DNA of 64,000 nt from a virus: the IMG/VR virus record IMGVR_UViG_3300044977_000123, positions 1 through 64,000 of that record. One strand, 5' to 3'. Numbering within the stretch: the stretch's first letter is position 1; each line of letters begins with the position of its first letter. Below the pieces are notes generated by a model. The model did no database searches, was not told the DNA's origin, and saw nothing but the letters and a program-made list of their open reading frames with translations. Position numbers and translations under genes: made by a program. Shown in pieces: positions 1-9,214 of this stretch.

Positions 1-86
1 CCAGGCCGCCGCCTCACGGGGGGGCGGCCCGCCCCTACCGCCCCGCCCCGCCCCCACCCTCCCAGACCCGAGGAAAGGAGCACCAG

Positions 87-266
87 ATGCTCACCGTCAT
101 CGCCGCCCTGGTCGTACTCGCCAGCCTCGCCTACGCCGGGCACCGGACCGGTCGATCCCTCGCCCGCAGCCGGGAAGCCCTCGAAGCCGACCAGGCCGCC
201 GGGGAGCGGATCGTGCGCGAGGCCGAGGCCATCACCGCGGCCGCCGCCAGGAAGGACATCCCGTGA
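87..266 (+). CDS. small membrane protein
   Basis: AGGAAAGGAG RBS, ATG at 87, hydrophobic N-terminus; stop overlaps next GTG (GTGA). Confidence 0.65.
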   Translation: MLTVIAALVVLASLAYAGHRTGRSLARSREALEADQAAGERIVREAEAITAAAARKDIP

Positions 267-742
267 CCACACCGCTCACCATCACCGTCCACGGCATCCC
301 CGCGCCACAGGGCAGCAAGAAGTACGTCGGGCACCGCACCAGCAAGGCCACCGGGAAGTCCGCGGCCGTCCTGCTGGAGTCGTCAAAGAAGGTCGCGCCG
401 TGGCGCAGCGCCGTCGAAACTGCCGCACGACTCCTCCTCGTCGAACTCCCGGACTGGACGCCGCTCGACGGCCCGCTGTGCGCCGACATGGTGTTCACCC
501 TGCCGAAGCCGACGAGCGCCCCGAAGCGGACCCGGACGTGGCCGATGCGGTACCCGGACCTCAGCAAGCTCCTGCGGTCGACGGAGGACGCCCTCACCAC
601 GGCCGGCATCTGGGCCGACGACGCCAGGGTGGTCAAGTACGGGCAGCTCGAAAAGGTCTTCCCCGGCGAGCACCCCGACGCCCTCGACCAGCCCGGCGCC
701 GTGATCCGCGTCTGGCCGCTCGCCGAGGCGGTGGACCAGTGA
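263..742 (+). CDS. rusA: RusA-family Holliday junction resolvase
   Basis: GIPAPQGSK, PDLSKLLRSTEDALT and WADDARVV motifs. Confidence 0.9.
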   Translation: MTTPLTITVHGIPAPQGSKKYVGHRTSKATGKSAAVLLESSKKVAPWRSAVETAARLLLVELPDWTPLDGPLCADMVFTLPKPTSAPKRTRTWPMRYPDLSKLLRSTEDALTTAGIWADDARVVKYGQLEKVFPGEHPDALDQPGAVIRVWPLAEAVDQ

Positions 743-1578
743 AGCCCCTGCCGCCGCACGGCACCCACGCACGCGCCATCGGCCGCCCCTCCGGCGGCAT
801 CCCGCGCTGCCCGTGCCAGCCCTGCCGGCGCGCCGAATACCTCTACGACCGGCGACGCCGCTACCTCAAGCAGACCGGCCGATCCCTCACCGTCGACCCG
901 ACCCCCACCCGCGCCCACCTGCTGGCACTCGTCGCCGAGGGCGTCACGAAGGAAGACATCGCCACCGCCGCCCCATGCTCCCGCAGCGTCATCGACACCA
1001 TCCTGACCAGGGAGCCCAAAACGATCCGCCGCACGACCGCCGACCGGATCCTCGCCGTGCGCCCCGAGCAGCAGCCCTCCTATCGAGAGCGTCGCGTCGA
1101 CGCCATTGGCAGCACGCGCCGCGTCCGGGCACTCGTCGCCATCGGCCACTCCGTGAAAACGATCCAGGTCGAGTCGGGCGTCAACCACACCGCCATGTCG
1201 GCGATCGTCGAAGGCGCCACACCCACACTCCGCCCGGAAGTTGCAGCAGCAGTCACCCGCGCCTACAAGACTCTCGTCACGATCCCCGGCACGTCGGCAC
1301 GATCCCGGAACCGGGCCGTGAAGCTCGGATGGCAGGGCCCGGCGGCGTGGGGAGCCGACATCGACGACCCGGCTGCACAGCCCGAGCCCGACGCCGCCGA
1401 ACCGAAGCCCGGGAAGGTCGAGGCAGCCGCGATCCGCGCTGCGGACGTCAAATGGCTCGCCAAGATCGGCGTCGCCGAGGACGACATCGCCGCCCGCGTC
1501 GGCATCAGCGTCAAGTACGTCCGCGGCCAACTCGGCGGCCACCGCGCGCCCGGATGGCGCGAGCAGGTAAGTGCCTGA
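739..1578 (+). CDS. actinophage Zn-finger/HTH DNA-binding protein
   Basis: GTG coupled to rusA stop; HGT...CPCQPC N-terminus; C-terminal HTH (IAARVGISVKYV). Confidence 0.7.
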   Translation: MKPLPPHGTHARAIGRPSGGIPRCPCQPCRRAEYLYDRRRRYLKQTGRSLTVDPTPTRAHLLALVAEGVTKEDIATAAPCSRSVIDTILTREPKTIRRTTADRILAVRPEQQPSYRERRVDAIGSTRRVRALVAIGHSVKTIQVESGVNHTAMSAIVEGATPTLRPEVAAAVTRAYKTLVTIPGTSARSRNRAVKLGWQGPAAWGADIDDPAAQPEPDAAEPKPGKVEAAAIRAADVKWLAKIGVAEDDIAARVGISVKYVRGQLGGHRAPGWREQVSA

Positions 1579-1633
1579 TGAACGGCAACCATGCGACCCG
1601 TCACACGACCCAGACCCGGCAGCGGGAGCCGGC

Positions 1634-1837
1634 ATGAGCGACGACATGAGCCTCACGCGTCTCTACCCGCCGACGTGCCGCTGGAACACCCCCAACGGCC
1701 GGTGCGGCGCCCCGTCGAGGCCGTACGCCTGCGGGCAGCGGTGCGACGAGCACTCGCCCTGGGCGCTCGCCGGGACACCCGAGCCGCTCACCCCGACCGA
1801 GATCAAGCAACGCCAGGAAGGAGCCACCCCGCAGTGA
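1634..1837 (+). CDS. small Cys/His-rich protein
   Basis: RBS GGGAG; C..C..C..CDEH pattern; coupled to next gene. Confidence 0.55.
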   Translation: MSDDMSLTRLYPPTCRWNTPNGRCGAPSRPYACGQRCDEHSPWALAGTPEPLTPTEIKQRQEGATPQ

Positions 1838-2469
1838 CCAGCACCCCCGAGGCCGACCTCGCCAAGTTCGAGTCCCTCATCGAACCCGACCCGACCGCGT
1901 TCGCGACCGTCGGACTCGCCCTCGCCCACATCCGCGACCAGCACCTGTACCCGCAGCCCCGGTTCGCGGACTACTGCAGCACCCGCTGGGGACTGCACGG
2001 CAAACGCGGAGACCAGTTCATCGTCTCCGCCCGCGCCGTCGCCGACATGGCAGAACTCGGACTGCCCGTACCCGGCAACGAGTACGCGGCCCGGATCCTC
2101 GCCTGCGTCCCAGCCGAGATCCGCGCCACCGTCTGGATCCGCGCACTCGAACTCGGCCGCGGCCACGCCGACTCCGGGACCATCACCGCAGCCCGCACCG
2201 CCATCGAAGGCGAGATCGAAGCCGCCGAGGCCTCCCGCAACACCAACACGCCGAAGGGCGTCCGCCGTAGTCCCCAGCGCAGCCAGGCCGATGCCCTCGC
2301 CTCCGGCATCCAGGCCCTCACCGGCCTGTGCGCCGGCCTCAACGGCATCGACGAAATCGACCCTGCTGTCACGAAAGAAGAGGCCGCGCAGTGGGTGCGC
2401 GACCTCTCCGACTCGCTGCGTGTCCTGCGCAGCCTCACCACGAAACTCAAGGAGCACGCACCATGGTAG
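1834..2469 (+). CDS. phage hypothetical protein
   Basis: GTGA coupling; VGLALAHIRDQHLY...FADYC..RW segment of a type common in phage proteins. Confidence 0.65.
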   Translation: MTSTPEADLAKFESLIEPDPTAFATVGLALAHIRDQHLYPQPRFADYCSTRWGLHGKRGDQFIVSARAVADMAELGLPVPGNEYAARILACVPAEIRATVWIRALELGRGHADSGTITAARTAIEGEIEAAEASRNTNTPKGVRRSPQRSQADALASGIQALTGLCAGLNGIDEIDPAVTKEEAAQWVRDLSDSLRVLRSLTTKLKEHAPW

Positions 2470-3278
2470 CCACCACCTCCACCGAGCAGCTCAAGACCAA
2501 GCAGACCTCGACCGTCCAGTGGCTCGCCGTGTCCGCGGTCGCCACCGATCCGCAGGTCAACACCAGGTCGCTCGACACGAACTGGGTCGACGCCCGCGTC
2601 CCCTCGTTCGACCTCGCGAAGCTCGGCGTGCCCGAAGTGTCCAAGCGCAAGGACGGCACCTACATCTGGCTCGACGGCCAGCACCGCGCCGAGTTGGTGC
2701 GCCGCGCCGGCTGGCCCAGCCAGAAGATCCAGTGCCGCGTCCACACCGGCCTCACCCTCGCCGAGGAGGCACTGCTGTTCCTCGGCCTCAACGGCGGACG
2801 GCAAGTCACGGCCCTCGCGAAGTTCCTGGCCCGGCGCACCGCCCAGGACCCGGACGCGGTCGGCATCGACGCGATCGTCCGCGCCGCCGGATGGCACATC
2901 GCGAGCGGCACGAACACCAAGTCCATCACCGCGGTCAGCGCCCTGGAGAAGGCCTACAACGCCACCGAGAAGCAGCCCGGCAAAGCCCTCGCGAAAGCCC
3001 TGCGCGTCGTCACCGAGGCCTGGGGCTACGCGCCCGAGGCCGTCAACGGCGACATCCTCCTCGGCGTGTCACTGCTCCTCGCGCAGCACGACCGCATCGA
3101 CATCGCCTCGCTGATCCACAAGCTCGCCGACTACACCGGCGGCCCCCGCGGACTCCACGGCACCGCGAAAGGCCTCAGGCCGTTCCTCGGCGGCACGACC
3201 GCCAACTGCGTCGCCGCGACGCTCGTGAAGGCCTACAACGCCAAGCGCACCACCGGGGCCCTGCCCGACTGGCGGTAG
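2463..3278 (+). CDS. ParB/Srx-like (DUF6551-like) protein
   Basis: LDGQHR motif; RBS AAGGAG. Confidence 0.75.
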   Translation: MVATTSTEQLKTKQTSTVQWLAVSAVATDPQVNTRSLDTNWVDARVPSFDLAKLGVPEVSKRKDGTYIWLDGQHRAELVRRAGWPSQKIQCRVHTGLTLAEEALLFLGLNGGRQVTALAKFLARRTAQDPDAVGIDAIVRAAGWHIASGTNTKSITAVSALEKAYNATEKQPGKALAKALRVVTEAWGYAPEAVNGDILLGVSLLLAQHDRIDIASLIHKLADYTGGPRGLHGTAKGLRPFLGGTTANCVAATLVKAYNAKRTTGALPDWR

Positions 3279-3285
3279 CCAATCG

Positions 3286-3311
3286 CGGGGCGGCCAGCCG
3301 GTCGCCCCGCC
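3286..3311 (+). terminator. GC hairpin after ParB-like gene
   Basis: GCGGGGCGGCC...GGTCGCCCCGC inverted repeat. Confidence 0.45.
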
Positions 3312-3339
3312 CACCAACAGACCACCAGGAGGGACTGAA

Positions 3340-3594
3340 ATGCGCGAACGCCCGTACCGCCAGCACGACCCGATCGCCGCCACAGCCCGCAGCCTGCCCG
3401 GCCAGTGGGTCCTCGTCGGCGACTACACCGGGCGCGGCTCCGCGATGGTCATGGCGCAGAAAATCCGCTCCGGGCAGTTCGTGGCGTACCAGCCGGGCGG
3501 GGCGTACGAGACCGAAGTACGCAGCGTCGGCGAGCTGCGGCCCGAGGTGTGGGTCATGTACGTCGGAGTGCCGGCCGAGGAGGCGGGGCTGTGA
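3340..3594 (+). CDS. hypothetical protein
   Basis: RBS AGGAGGG, GC3-biased ORF. Confidence 0.65.
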   Translation: MRERPYRQHDPIAATARSLPGQWVLVGDYTGRGSAMVMAQKIRSGQFVAYQPGGAYETEVRSVGELRPEVWVMYVGVPAEEAGL

Positions 3595-3599
3595 TCCGC

Positions 3600-4022
3600 T
3601 CATTCGCCGTTGCGGAACCGCGTCACCCGCTCAAGCGTCAGGCCCGACCAGGCAGCGACGTCCTCCACCGGCGTCAGCGGCGACTCGGCCCAGTCCGTCA
3701 GCGCCTGGCAGAGACTCTCCGGCACCCCAGGCGTGACCACGCCGGTCTCCCCGTCGATCCGGTCGACCGGGAACCAGCGCCTGTCCGGGTCAAGACGCCG
3801 GACCTCATCCTCCATCGCCTCCACACCACAGCCCTCGGCGAGGACCGCCCCAGTACGCCAGTCCGTGTACCGCCAGCCGTCGTTCTCCCACTCATCGGCC
3901 AGCGGGCCGCCATCGACGATCCGGTACCCCTGTGCTTCGAGTGCAGCAAGCTGACGCTCCATCGCAGCCGACCAGCCTTCGAGCACGGCGCGCACGTGGG
4001 CGCGGATCAGATCGTCGGTCAT
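3600..4022 (-). CDS. hypothetical protein
   Basis: protein-like composition; downstream of GIY-YIG gene. Confidence 0.6.
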   Translation of the reverse strand: MTDDLIRAHVRAVLEGWSAAMERQLAALEAQGYRIVDGGPLADEWENDGWRYTDWRTGAVLAEGCGVEAMEDEVRRLDPDRRWFPVDRIDGETGVVTPGVPESLCQALTDWAESPLTPVEDVAAWSGLTLERVTRFRNGE

Positions 4023-4085
4023 GCCCAGACAACGAGCGGCGGCGGGGAAGGTCGCGGGGGCGCTGCGGAGAGCGGGCGGGGAGGG

Positions 4086-4550
4086 TCAGGCGGAGGCGGC
4101 GCGCTCTTCGGCGGCGATCTTGCGCTGCCTGGCTTCGTGCGCCTTGATCTCGCGAAGCATGTACATCCGCAGATCGTTGGCGACCTCCACGCCTTTCGCG
4201 GCGCACAGGGCCCGGTAGTCGGCCCAGGTTGCGTCATCGACCCGGAACACCCTGGCGGGCTTGGCTGCCTTCCGGGTCTGCGTACCACCGGGAAGGGGCA
4301 CCCTGCCCTCGCGGATGTTGTATTTCGGCAGCTCATCCCGGATTGCGGCCAGCTCCGCAGCCAGGGCGTCGATCCGCGTCTCGTGCCAGACGACGCGCTT
4401 CTCGGCGACCTCCTCCCACCACGCCTTTTCGTAGGCGTGGCCCTTCCAGCGCTCTTCAGGGTTGTACGCGACGCCGACGTACAGCAACCGCCCCTCCGCG
4501 TCGAAGAAGCGGTAGAGGGCGGTACGGCGAGTGAGGTCGATGGGCGGCAT
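4086..4550 (-). CDS. GIY-YIG nuclease fused to a C-terminal ribbon-helix-helix-like domain
   Basis: ALYRFFD..GRLLYVG....ERWKGH...WW; C-terminal RVFRVDDATW...NDLRMYM. Confidence 0.8.
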   Translation of the reverse strand: MPPIDLTRRTALYRFFDAEGRLLYVGVAYNPEERWKGHAYEKAWWEEVAEKRVVWHETRIDALAAELAAIRDELPKYNIREGRVPLPGGTQTRKAAKPARVFRVDDATWADYRALCAAKGVEVANDLRMYMLREIKAHEARQRKIAAEERAASA

Positions 4551-4562
4551 ACAGCTCCTCGG

Positions 4563-4823
4563 TCAGGCCGGGGAGTCGCCTCCCGGCTTGGGCTTCCTGC
4601 TGGTGACGGTGGGTTCGCGCAGTGGCGCGACACCCTTCTTGCGGGCAATGCGGCGGATCGTCTCGCGGCTGTAGTCGGTCATCTCGGCCACGGTCTTCGG
4701 CGCAACGCCGGCGGTCAACGCCTCGGCAACGGCATCTTCGAAGGCGTCACGGGTCGCGGCCTCGGCGAGCTTCTTTGCCTCTACGGCCTGCTCAAGGCGG
4801 GTCACGGCTTCCTCCCTGGTCAT
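4563..4823 (-). CDS. small HTH DNA-binding protein
   Basis: VAEMTDYSRETIRRIAR HTH. Confidence 0.7.
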   Translation of the reverse strand: MTREEAVTRLEQAVEAKKLAEAATRDAFEDAVAEALTAGVAPKTVAEMTDYSRETIRRIARKKGVAPLREPTVTSRKPKPGGDSPA

Positions 4824-4843
4824 GGGCGCATGGTCCCACAGGC

Positions 4844-4906
4844 ATGTGGCCACATCCACTTGCGATCAGATAGCCACAACTCATGTGGCCAAGTGTATGT
4901 TGGCTA
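4844..4906. promoter_or_regulatory. divergent promoter with TGTGGCCACA-type operator repeats
   Basis: ATGTGGCCACAT palindrome at 4844; TAGCCACA 4871, ATGTGGCCAA 4883, ATGTTGGCTA 4897. Confidence 0.6.
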
Positions 4907-5087
4907 CTGGGTCGAGCGCCAGCCCGCATCTGCGCAAGGACGGCCGCTCCGACGCCCTGGTTCCGTGCGCCCTCGGAGCCCTCGCCCGTGGAGCTGTGAT
5001 GCCTGATCTCCCGCGATTACTCCCGCCCGCAAGGGCCTCCCCTCTCTTGTCCACCACCCCGCTGTCGCACCGTTCGAGAAGAGTTCA

Positions 5088-6077
5088 GTGAGCACAGATC
5101 AGCAGGAGGCGCGCGTCGCCACCGGGAGCGTCCCGCACGCCTTCCGGATGGCCGTGGCCTGGCACTGGGCAAAGGAGATGCCGCGGTCTCTGCGCGGCGG
5201 GTTCCTCACCCTGCTGTACGCCCTGGCGGCCCTGGCCGACTCAACCGGCCGGCTGCGGTTCGCCCGCGACGGCAAGCCCATCCGGATCAGCGACATCGCC
5301 GAGGCGTCCGGCTGCGATGAGAAGGACTGCCGCCGGTACCTGCTGGCCGCCGAAGCAGCCGGCGTCGTCCTTGTTGAAGGCGAACGGCGGCGCGGCAGGA
5401 CGACGCTCTACATCATCCTCGTCACGCCTGTGCCCGACTGGGGCGCGTCCGTCGCATCGCTCGACAGCACCCGCCGCAAGCCCCGGACACCTCCCCCGTG
5501 GGTCGCGGAGAAGAGGACGGAGAACGGGGGACTCACCCCGGAACTTTCGGGCGACGAGTTCCGGGGACTCACCCCGGAACTTTGGGACCAGTCCGAGAAA
5601 GAAGTTCCGGGGACTCACCCCCGACCGAGTTCCGGGGACTCACCCCGGAATGGTTCGGGGGACTCACCCCGGAACAACCCAGGAAGTACCCAAGAGCTAC
5701 CCCACGAGACGGCTGAGGTTGTCACCCAACCTCAGGAGGTAGCGGCCCCCGCAGTCGACAAGACCGATCCCGATGGCGAAGACAAGCCAGACGCCATCCC
5801 GGACGGCTTCGTGCGCTGCACGAAATGCCACGAGCGCATGGTCCCCCGCCGAGGCCAAGCCGCCCACGTCCACGCCCACTGCGATCCCCAGTCCCCCAAG
5901 AACCGGAAGGCCAAGACATGGACCAGCACGACGACAACGACGAACTCATCAGCCAACTCGGAGACGGACTCCAGGACGTCCTCGACGGATACGACGAGGA
6001 CTCGGCCCCCGCAGGAGTTCCCACCGGATTCCGGGGCCTCGACGCCATCACCAACGGACTCCGCCCCGGCAGCCTGA
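5088..6077 (+). CDS. phage replication initiator (lambda O-like organisation, N-terminal wHTH)
   Basis: LLYALAALAD...ISDIAEASGCDEKDCRRYL HTH; internal iterons; directly before a DnaB-like gene; 3' end uncertain (overlaps next gene by 160 nt). Confidence 0.75.
   Translation: MSTDQQEARVATGSVPHAFRMAVAWHWAKEMPRSLRGGFLTLLYALAALADSTGRLRFARDGKPIRISDIAEASGCDEKDCRRYLLAAEAAGVVLVEGERRRGRTTLYIILVTPVPDWGASVASLDSTRRKPRTPPPWVAEKRTENGGLTPELSGDEFRGLTPELWDQSEKEVPGTHPRPSSGDSPRNGSGDSPRNNPGSTQELPHETAEVVTQPQEVAAPAVDKTDPDGEDKPDAIPDGFVRCTKCHERMVPRRGQAAHVHAHCDPQSPKNRKAKTWTSTTTTTNSSANSETDSRTSSTDTTRTRPPQEFPPDSGASTPSPTDSAPAA
5527..5670. repeat. five iterons GGGGACTCACCCC (putative origin 1)
   Basis: copies at 5527, 5563, 5609, 5634, 5658; fullest form GTTCCGGGG-ACTCA-CCCCGGAAC. 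Confidence 0.85.
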
Positions 6078-6883
6078 CCGTCATCGCCTCGCGCCCCGGC
6101 CTCGGCCGCACCACGCTCCTCAGCGACATCTGCCGCCGCAACGCCATCGCCGACAGGCGCCCGGTAGCCGTATGGACACTCGAAGAGACCCGAGGCGACT
6201 TCGCCACCCGACTCCTCGGCGCAGAAGCCCGAGTCCCCCTGCACCACATCCGCAGCGCCCGCATGGACACCGACAGCTGGGAACGGCTCGCCAAGACGCT
6301 GCCCGGCCTGATGGACGCGCCGATCTACATCGGCGACCCGGCCGCCATCACCATGCCCGAACTCGCCGAGCAGGCAACCAGGCTCGTGGAGCAGCACGGC
6401 GTCCAACTGCTGGCAGTCGACGGAATCCAGGACATCCGCCCCGAGAAGCGCAGCGACCTGCGTGAACGGGAAGTCGGCGACGTCGTCCGCGACCTCAAGA
6501 CCCTCGCCCGCCAGTTGAGCGTTCCCGTCCTCGCCACCTCGCACCTCAACCGAGGACCCGAGCAGCGGTCCGACCACCGCCCGGAGATCGACGATCTCCG
6601 CGAGTCGGGGGCGATCACCTACGCGGCCGACACGATCATCCTGCTCCACCGCCCGGACGCCTACGAACGCGATTCGCCCCGCGCCGGCGAGGCCGACCTG
6701 ATCGTCGCCCGGAACAGGCACAACCCAACCTGCGTCAGCACCGTCGCCTACCAAGCGCATTACGGGCGCTTCATCGACATGGCCGAGGACTGGCAGCGCG
6801 AGGAGCCGCAGACCCCGACCTTCGACCTCCTCCAGATGTTCGGCGAGCAGCCTCCAAGCGGCGCCGACAGGCCGAGCCAATGA
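5918..6883 (+). CDS. DnaB-like helicase, C-terminal domain only, atypical Walker motifs
   Basis: GVPTGF..LD, ASRPGLGRTT, LKTLARQL, SHLNRGPE, DLRESGAI..AD, ARNRH. Confidence 0.85.
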   Translation: MDQHDDNDELISQLGDGLQDVLDGYDEDSAPAGVPTGFRGLDAITNGLRPGSLTVIASRPGLGRTTLLSDICRRNAIADRRPVAVWTLEETRGDFATRLLGAEARVPLHHIRSARMDTDSWERLAKTLPGLMDAPIYIGDPAAITMPELAEQATRLVEQHGVQLLAVDGIQDIRPEKRSDLREREVGDVVRDLKTLARQLSVPVLATSHLNRGPEQRSDHRPEIDDLRESGAITYAADTIILLHRPDAYERDSPRAGEADLIVARNRHNPTCVSTVAYQAHYGRFIDMAEDWQREEPQTPTFDLLQMFGEQPPSGADRPSQ

Positions 6884-7107
6884 CCAGCGCCCGCGACGTC
6901 CGTGCCGCTGCCGGCTACGCCCCGAAGGACCGGGCGCTCCGTGTCCGCTGCACGCACTGCCACGCCCTCGAAGGCCAGCCATGCACCACCCGAGGCCGTG
7001 TCCGGAAGGACCCGCACCCGTGCCGGATCGAGCTCGCCGCAGCCACCCCGGAGCCCACCGCCGAGCCCACCGCCACCGTCCTGCCGTTCCGGCCGAGGAG
7101 CACCTGA
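6880..7107 (+). CDS. small zinc-finger protein
   Basis: CTHCHALEGQPC...HPCR; ATGA coupling. Confidence 0.65.
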   Translation: MTSARDVRAAAGYAPKDRALRVRCTHCHALEGQPCTTRGRVRKDPHPCRIELAAATPEPTAEPTATVLPFRPRST

Positions 7108-7487
7108 TGCCCATCCGCCCGGAGAACAAGCACCGGTACCCGAAGAACTGGCCCGAGATCAGCTTCGAGATCCGGACGATCCGCGCAGCCGGCCGATGCG
7201 AGTGCCAAGGCGAATGCGGACGCGGCACCCACGAAGGGCGCTGCCCCAACCGCAACGGCCAGCCCGCCTACGGCACCGGCTCCACCGTTGTGCTCACCAC
7301 CGCGCACCTCGACCACACTCCCGAGAACTGCGACCCCGCCAACCTGCGAGCCATGTGCAACGGCTGCCACCTGCACTACGACCGCGACCACCACCGCGAG
7401 ACCGCCGCAGCAACCAGGCGGGCAGCGATCGAGGACGCCGGGCAGCTCGCGTTCGGGGCCGTCGACCCGCCGCCCGGTCCGGGCTAG
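7107..7487 (+). CDS. HNH-type endonuclease
   Basis: RYPKNW, CECQGEC, VLTTAHLDH..ENC...NL.AMCNGCHLHYD. Confidence 0.8.
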   Translation: MPIRPENKHRYPKNWPEISFEIRTIRAAGRCECQGECGRGTHEGRCPNRNGQPAYGTGSTVVLTTAHLDHTPENCDPANLRAMCNGCHLHYDRDHHRETAAATRRAAIEDAGQLAFGAVDPPPGPG

Positions 7488-7564
7488 CAACGGCCGCCGC
7501 TTTCCTAACTGACTGGCTAGTAAGAACGCCTCCCCACGACAGATGCCGCACCAAGGAGATCCAC

Positions 7565-8362
7565 ATGCACGACCACCCCGAGCCGCTGCCGCCCCTGACG
7601 CTCCCCGAGCAGCGAATGCTCCGCACCGCCCGGCTCTTCGCCGCCGAGCGACGCCTGTCCGAGCAGGGGCAGCCGATCCTCCAGTCGCGGCTCGAAGAGC
7701 TCGTGCGCCGGATGTCGAAGGTTCGCCAGCCGGCTCCGCGTCCGGTCGATGTGGAGCAGCCGCGGGTGCCGTGTGGTGCCGCCGAGCGCAGTGCTGCGAT
7801 CCGGGCCCGGCAGGCGGAGGTTCCGCCGGAGCCGAAGCCGGTTGCTGCGCCGAGGCCGAAGCCGGTTTCTCCGCCGCTGCCTCCGCTGCACGAGCGTCTG
7901 GACGACGAGTTGCGGGCGGTGGTTGCGGAGGTCGGGACGGGTGCGTCGAATCCGGTGATCGGGAAGCGGCTGGGGATTTCGGAAGATCGCGTGAAGTACG
8001 CGGTGTCGCGGGCGAAGCGGATCTTGGGCGTGAGTGACCGGAAGGTGCTGGCGGTTGCGCTGGCGGAGGTGCTGGCGCTGGGTGAGGGCGATGCGGGGGG
8101 CGAGAGCGGTGCTGTGTGGCCGCCTGCGGCGTCGAACCCGCAGAAGCGGGCGCGGGGAGCTTCGGAGCCTCAGCGGCCCGCAGAGGGCCCTTTCTGGCCG
8201 ATCGACTCCGTGCCGTCCGCCGAGGAATCCCCCGTCGCGGCCCCAGGGCACGCCCCAGACGCCCCCGCAGGGCATGGCAGCCCCACCGGTCCACCACGAC
8301 CGGCAACGGGCGGCACAGAGCCGTACAGCGCCACCGCAGCCACCGAGGCGGCCCGGTCATGA
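7565..8362 (+). CDS. LuxR-type HTH protein with Pro-rich flanks
   Basis: RBS AAGGAG; GASNPVIGKRLGISEDRVKYAVSRAKRILG. Confidence 0.7.
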   Translation: MHDHPEPLPPLTLPEQRMLRTARLFAAERRLSEQGQPILQSRLEELVRRMSKVRQPAPRPVDVEQPRVPCGAAERSAAIRARQAEVPPEPKPVAAPRPKPVSPPLPPLHERLDDELRAVVAEVGTGASNPVIGKRLGISEDRVKYAVSRAKRILGVSDRKVLAVALAEVLALGEGDAGGESGAVWPPAASNPQKRARGASEPQRPAEGPFWPIDSVPSAEESPVAAPGHAPDAPAGHGSPTGPPRPATGGTEPYSATAATEAARS

Positions 8363-8673
8363 GCGGCGTCACCGTCGGCCCGCTCGGCCGCACCGTCGCC
8401 GCAACGATCGCCCGCCGCCGACGCGCCGCCGGCATGTCGCAGGCCGCCGTCGCCCGCGCGATGACTGCTGCTGGCCGACCGATCCTGCGCTCGGCGCTGT
8501 CCGATGCGGAACTCGGCGTCCGGCGTCTCGACGTCGACGACCTGCACGCCCTCGCCCACGTCCTCGGCGTGACCGTCGCACAACTGCTGTCGCCCGCCGC
8601 GTGCGAGCACTGCCACGGCACACCCGGGCCATGGACCGCCTGCCTGGCCTGCGGAGCGGAGGGAGCACGGTGA
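8359..8673 (+). CDS. XRE HTH protein with C-terminal Zn finger
   Basis: RRRAAGMSQAAVA...ELGVRRLDVDDL..LA..LGV; CEHC...CLAC. Confidence 0.8.
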   Translation: MSGVTVGPLGRTVAATIARRRRAAGMSQAAVARAMTAAGRPILRSALSDAELGVRRLDVDDLHALAHVLGVTVAQLLSPAACEHCHGTPGPWTACLACGAEGAR

Positions 8674-8993
8674 ACAGTCCGTTCGTGCCCAAGGGCATCC
8701 CAAGGCCGCTCGGCCCGCAGACCTGCGGCTACATGCCGACAGGCAGCCCGGAGCACTACTGCGGCAAGCCTGCGACCTGGCACGTCATGTGGGACAGCGG
8801 CCTCGACAACAGCCTGACGTGCGATGAGCACATGGCATTGACGGAGCAGCGATGGGTGTTCGACGACCGACACCCCGTCGTCGCGGACTGCACCATGCCG
8901 GGCGCGCTGTGGCTGTACGCCGGGAAGCGCTGCGAGGTCCCGGCCAGCGACGGCAAGCAGATCACTGCCGCAGCCATGGCGGTGACCCGGTGA
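8670..8993 (+). CDS. Cys-rich hypothetical protein
   Basis: GTGA coupling at both ends. Confidence 0.6.
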   Translation: MNSPFVPKGIPRPLGPQTCGYMPTGSPEHYCGKPATWHVMWDSGLDNSLTCDEHMALTEQRWVFDDRHPVVADCTMPGALWLYAGKRCEVPASDGKQITAAAMAVTR

Positions 8994-9214
8994 CCGTCGC
9001 AGCGATCGTCATCCTCGCCGTGTGGGCGGTCGGCATCGTCGCCTTCGCCTGGACGACACCGAAGTTCGTCGACTCGCAGCCGATGGCCCGGCTGATGTTC
9101 GGCCTGCGCCCGCGGCTCGTCGGCGTGCTGCTCGCCACCGTGATCGTCATGTGGCCCGGGACACTCGGGGCGGCACTGCTGATCCGGGTGACCGAGAAGC
9201 GGAGGCAGCCGTGA
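8990..9214 (+). CDS. small two-TM membrane protein
   Basis: two hydrophobic segments; coupled. Confidence 0.6.
   Translation: MTVAAIVILAVWAVGIVAFAWTTPKFVDSQPMARLMFGLRPRLVGVLLATVIVMWPGTLGAALLIRVTEKRRQP

Noticed and set aside
1-60. Recurrent GC hairpin plus C-rich spacers (also near 10930, 12505, 49220)
   Set aside because: Too degenerate to define a repeat family by eye; probably generic intergenic stem-loops.
5527-5670. CRISPR array or DGR repeat
   Set aside because: Repeats are 13-23 nt with short irregular spacers, inside an initiator ORF; no cas or reverse transcriptase is seen. Iterons fit better, and the same holds for 39597-39720.
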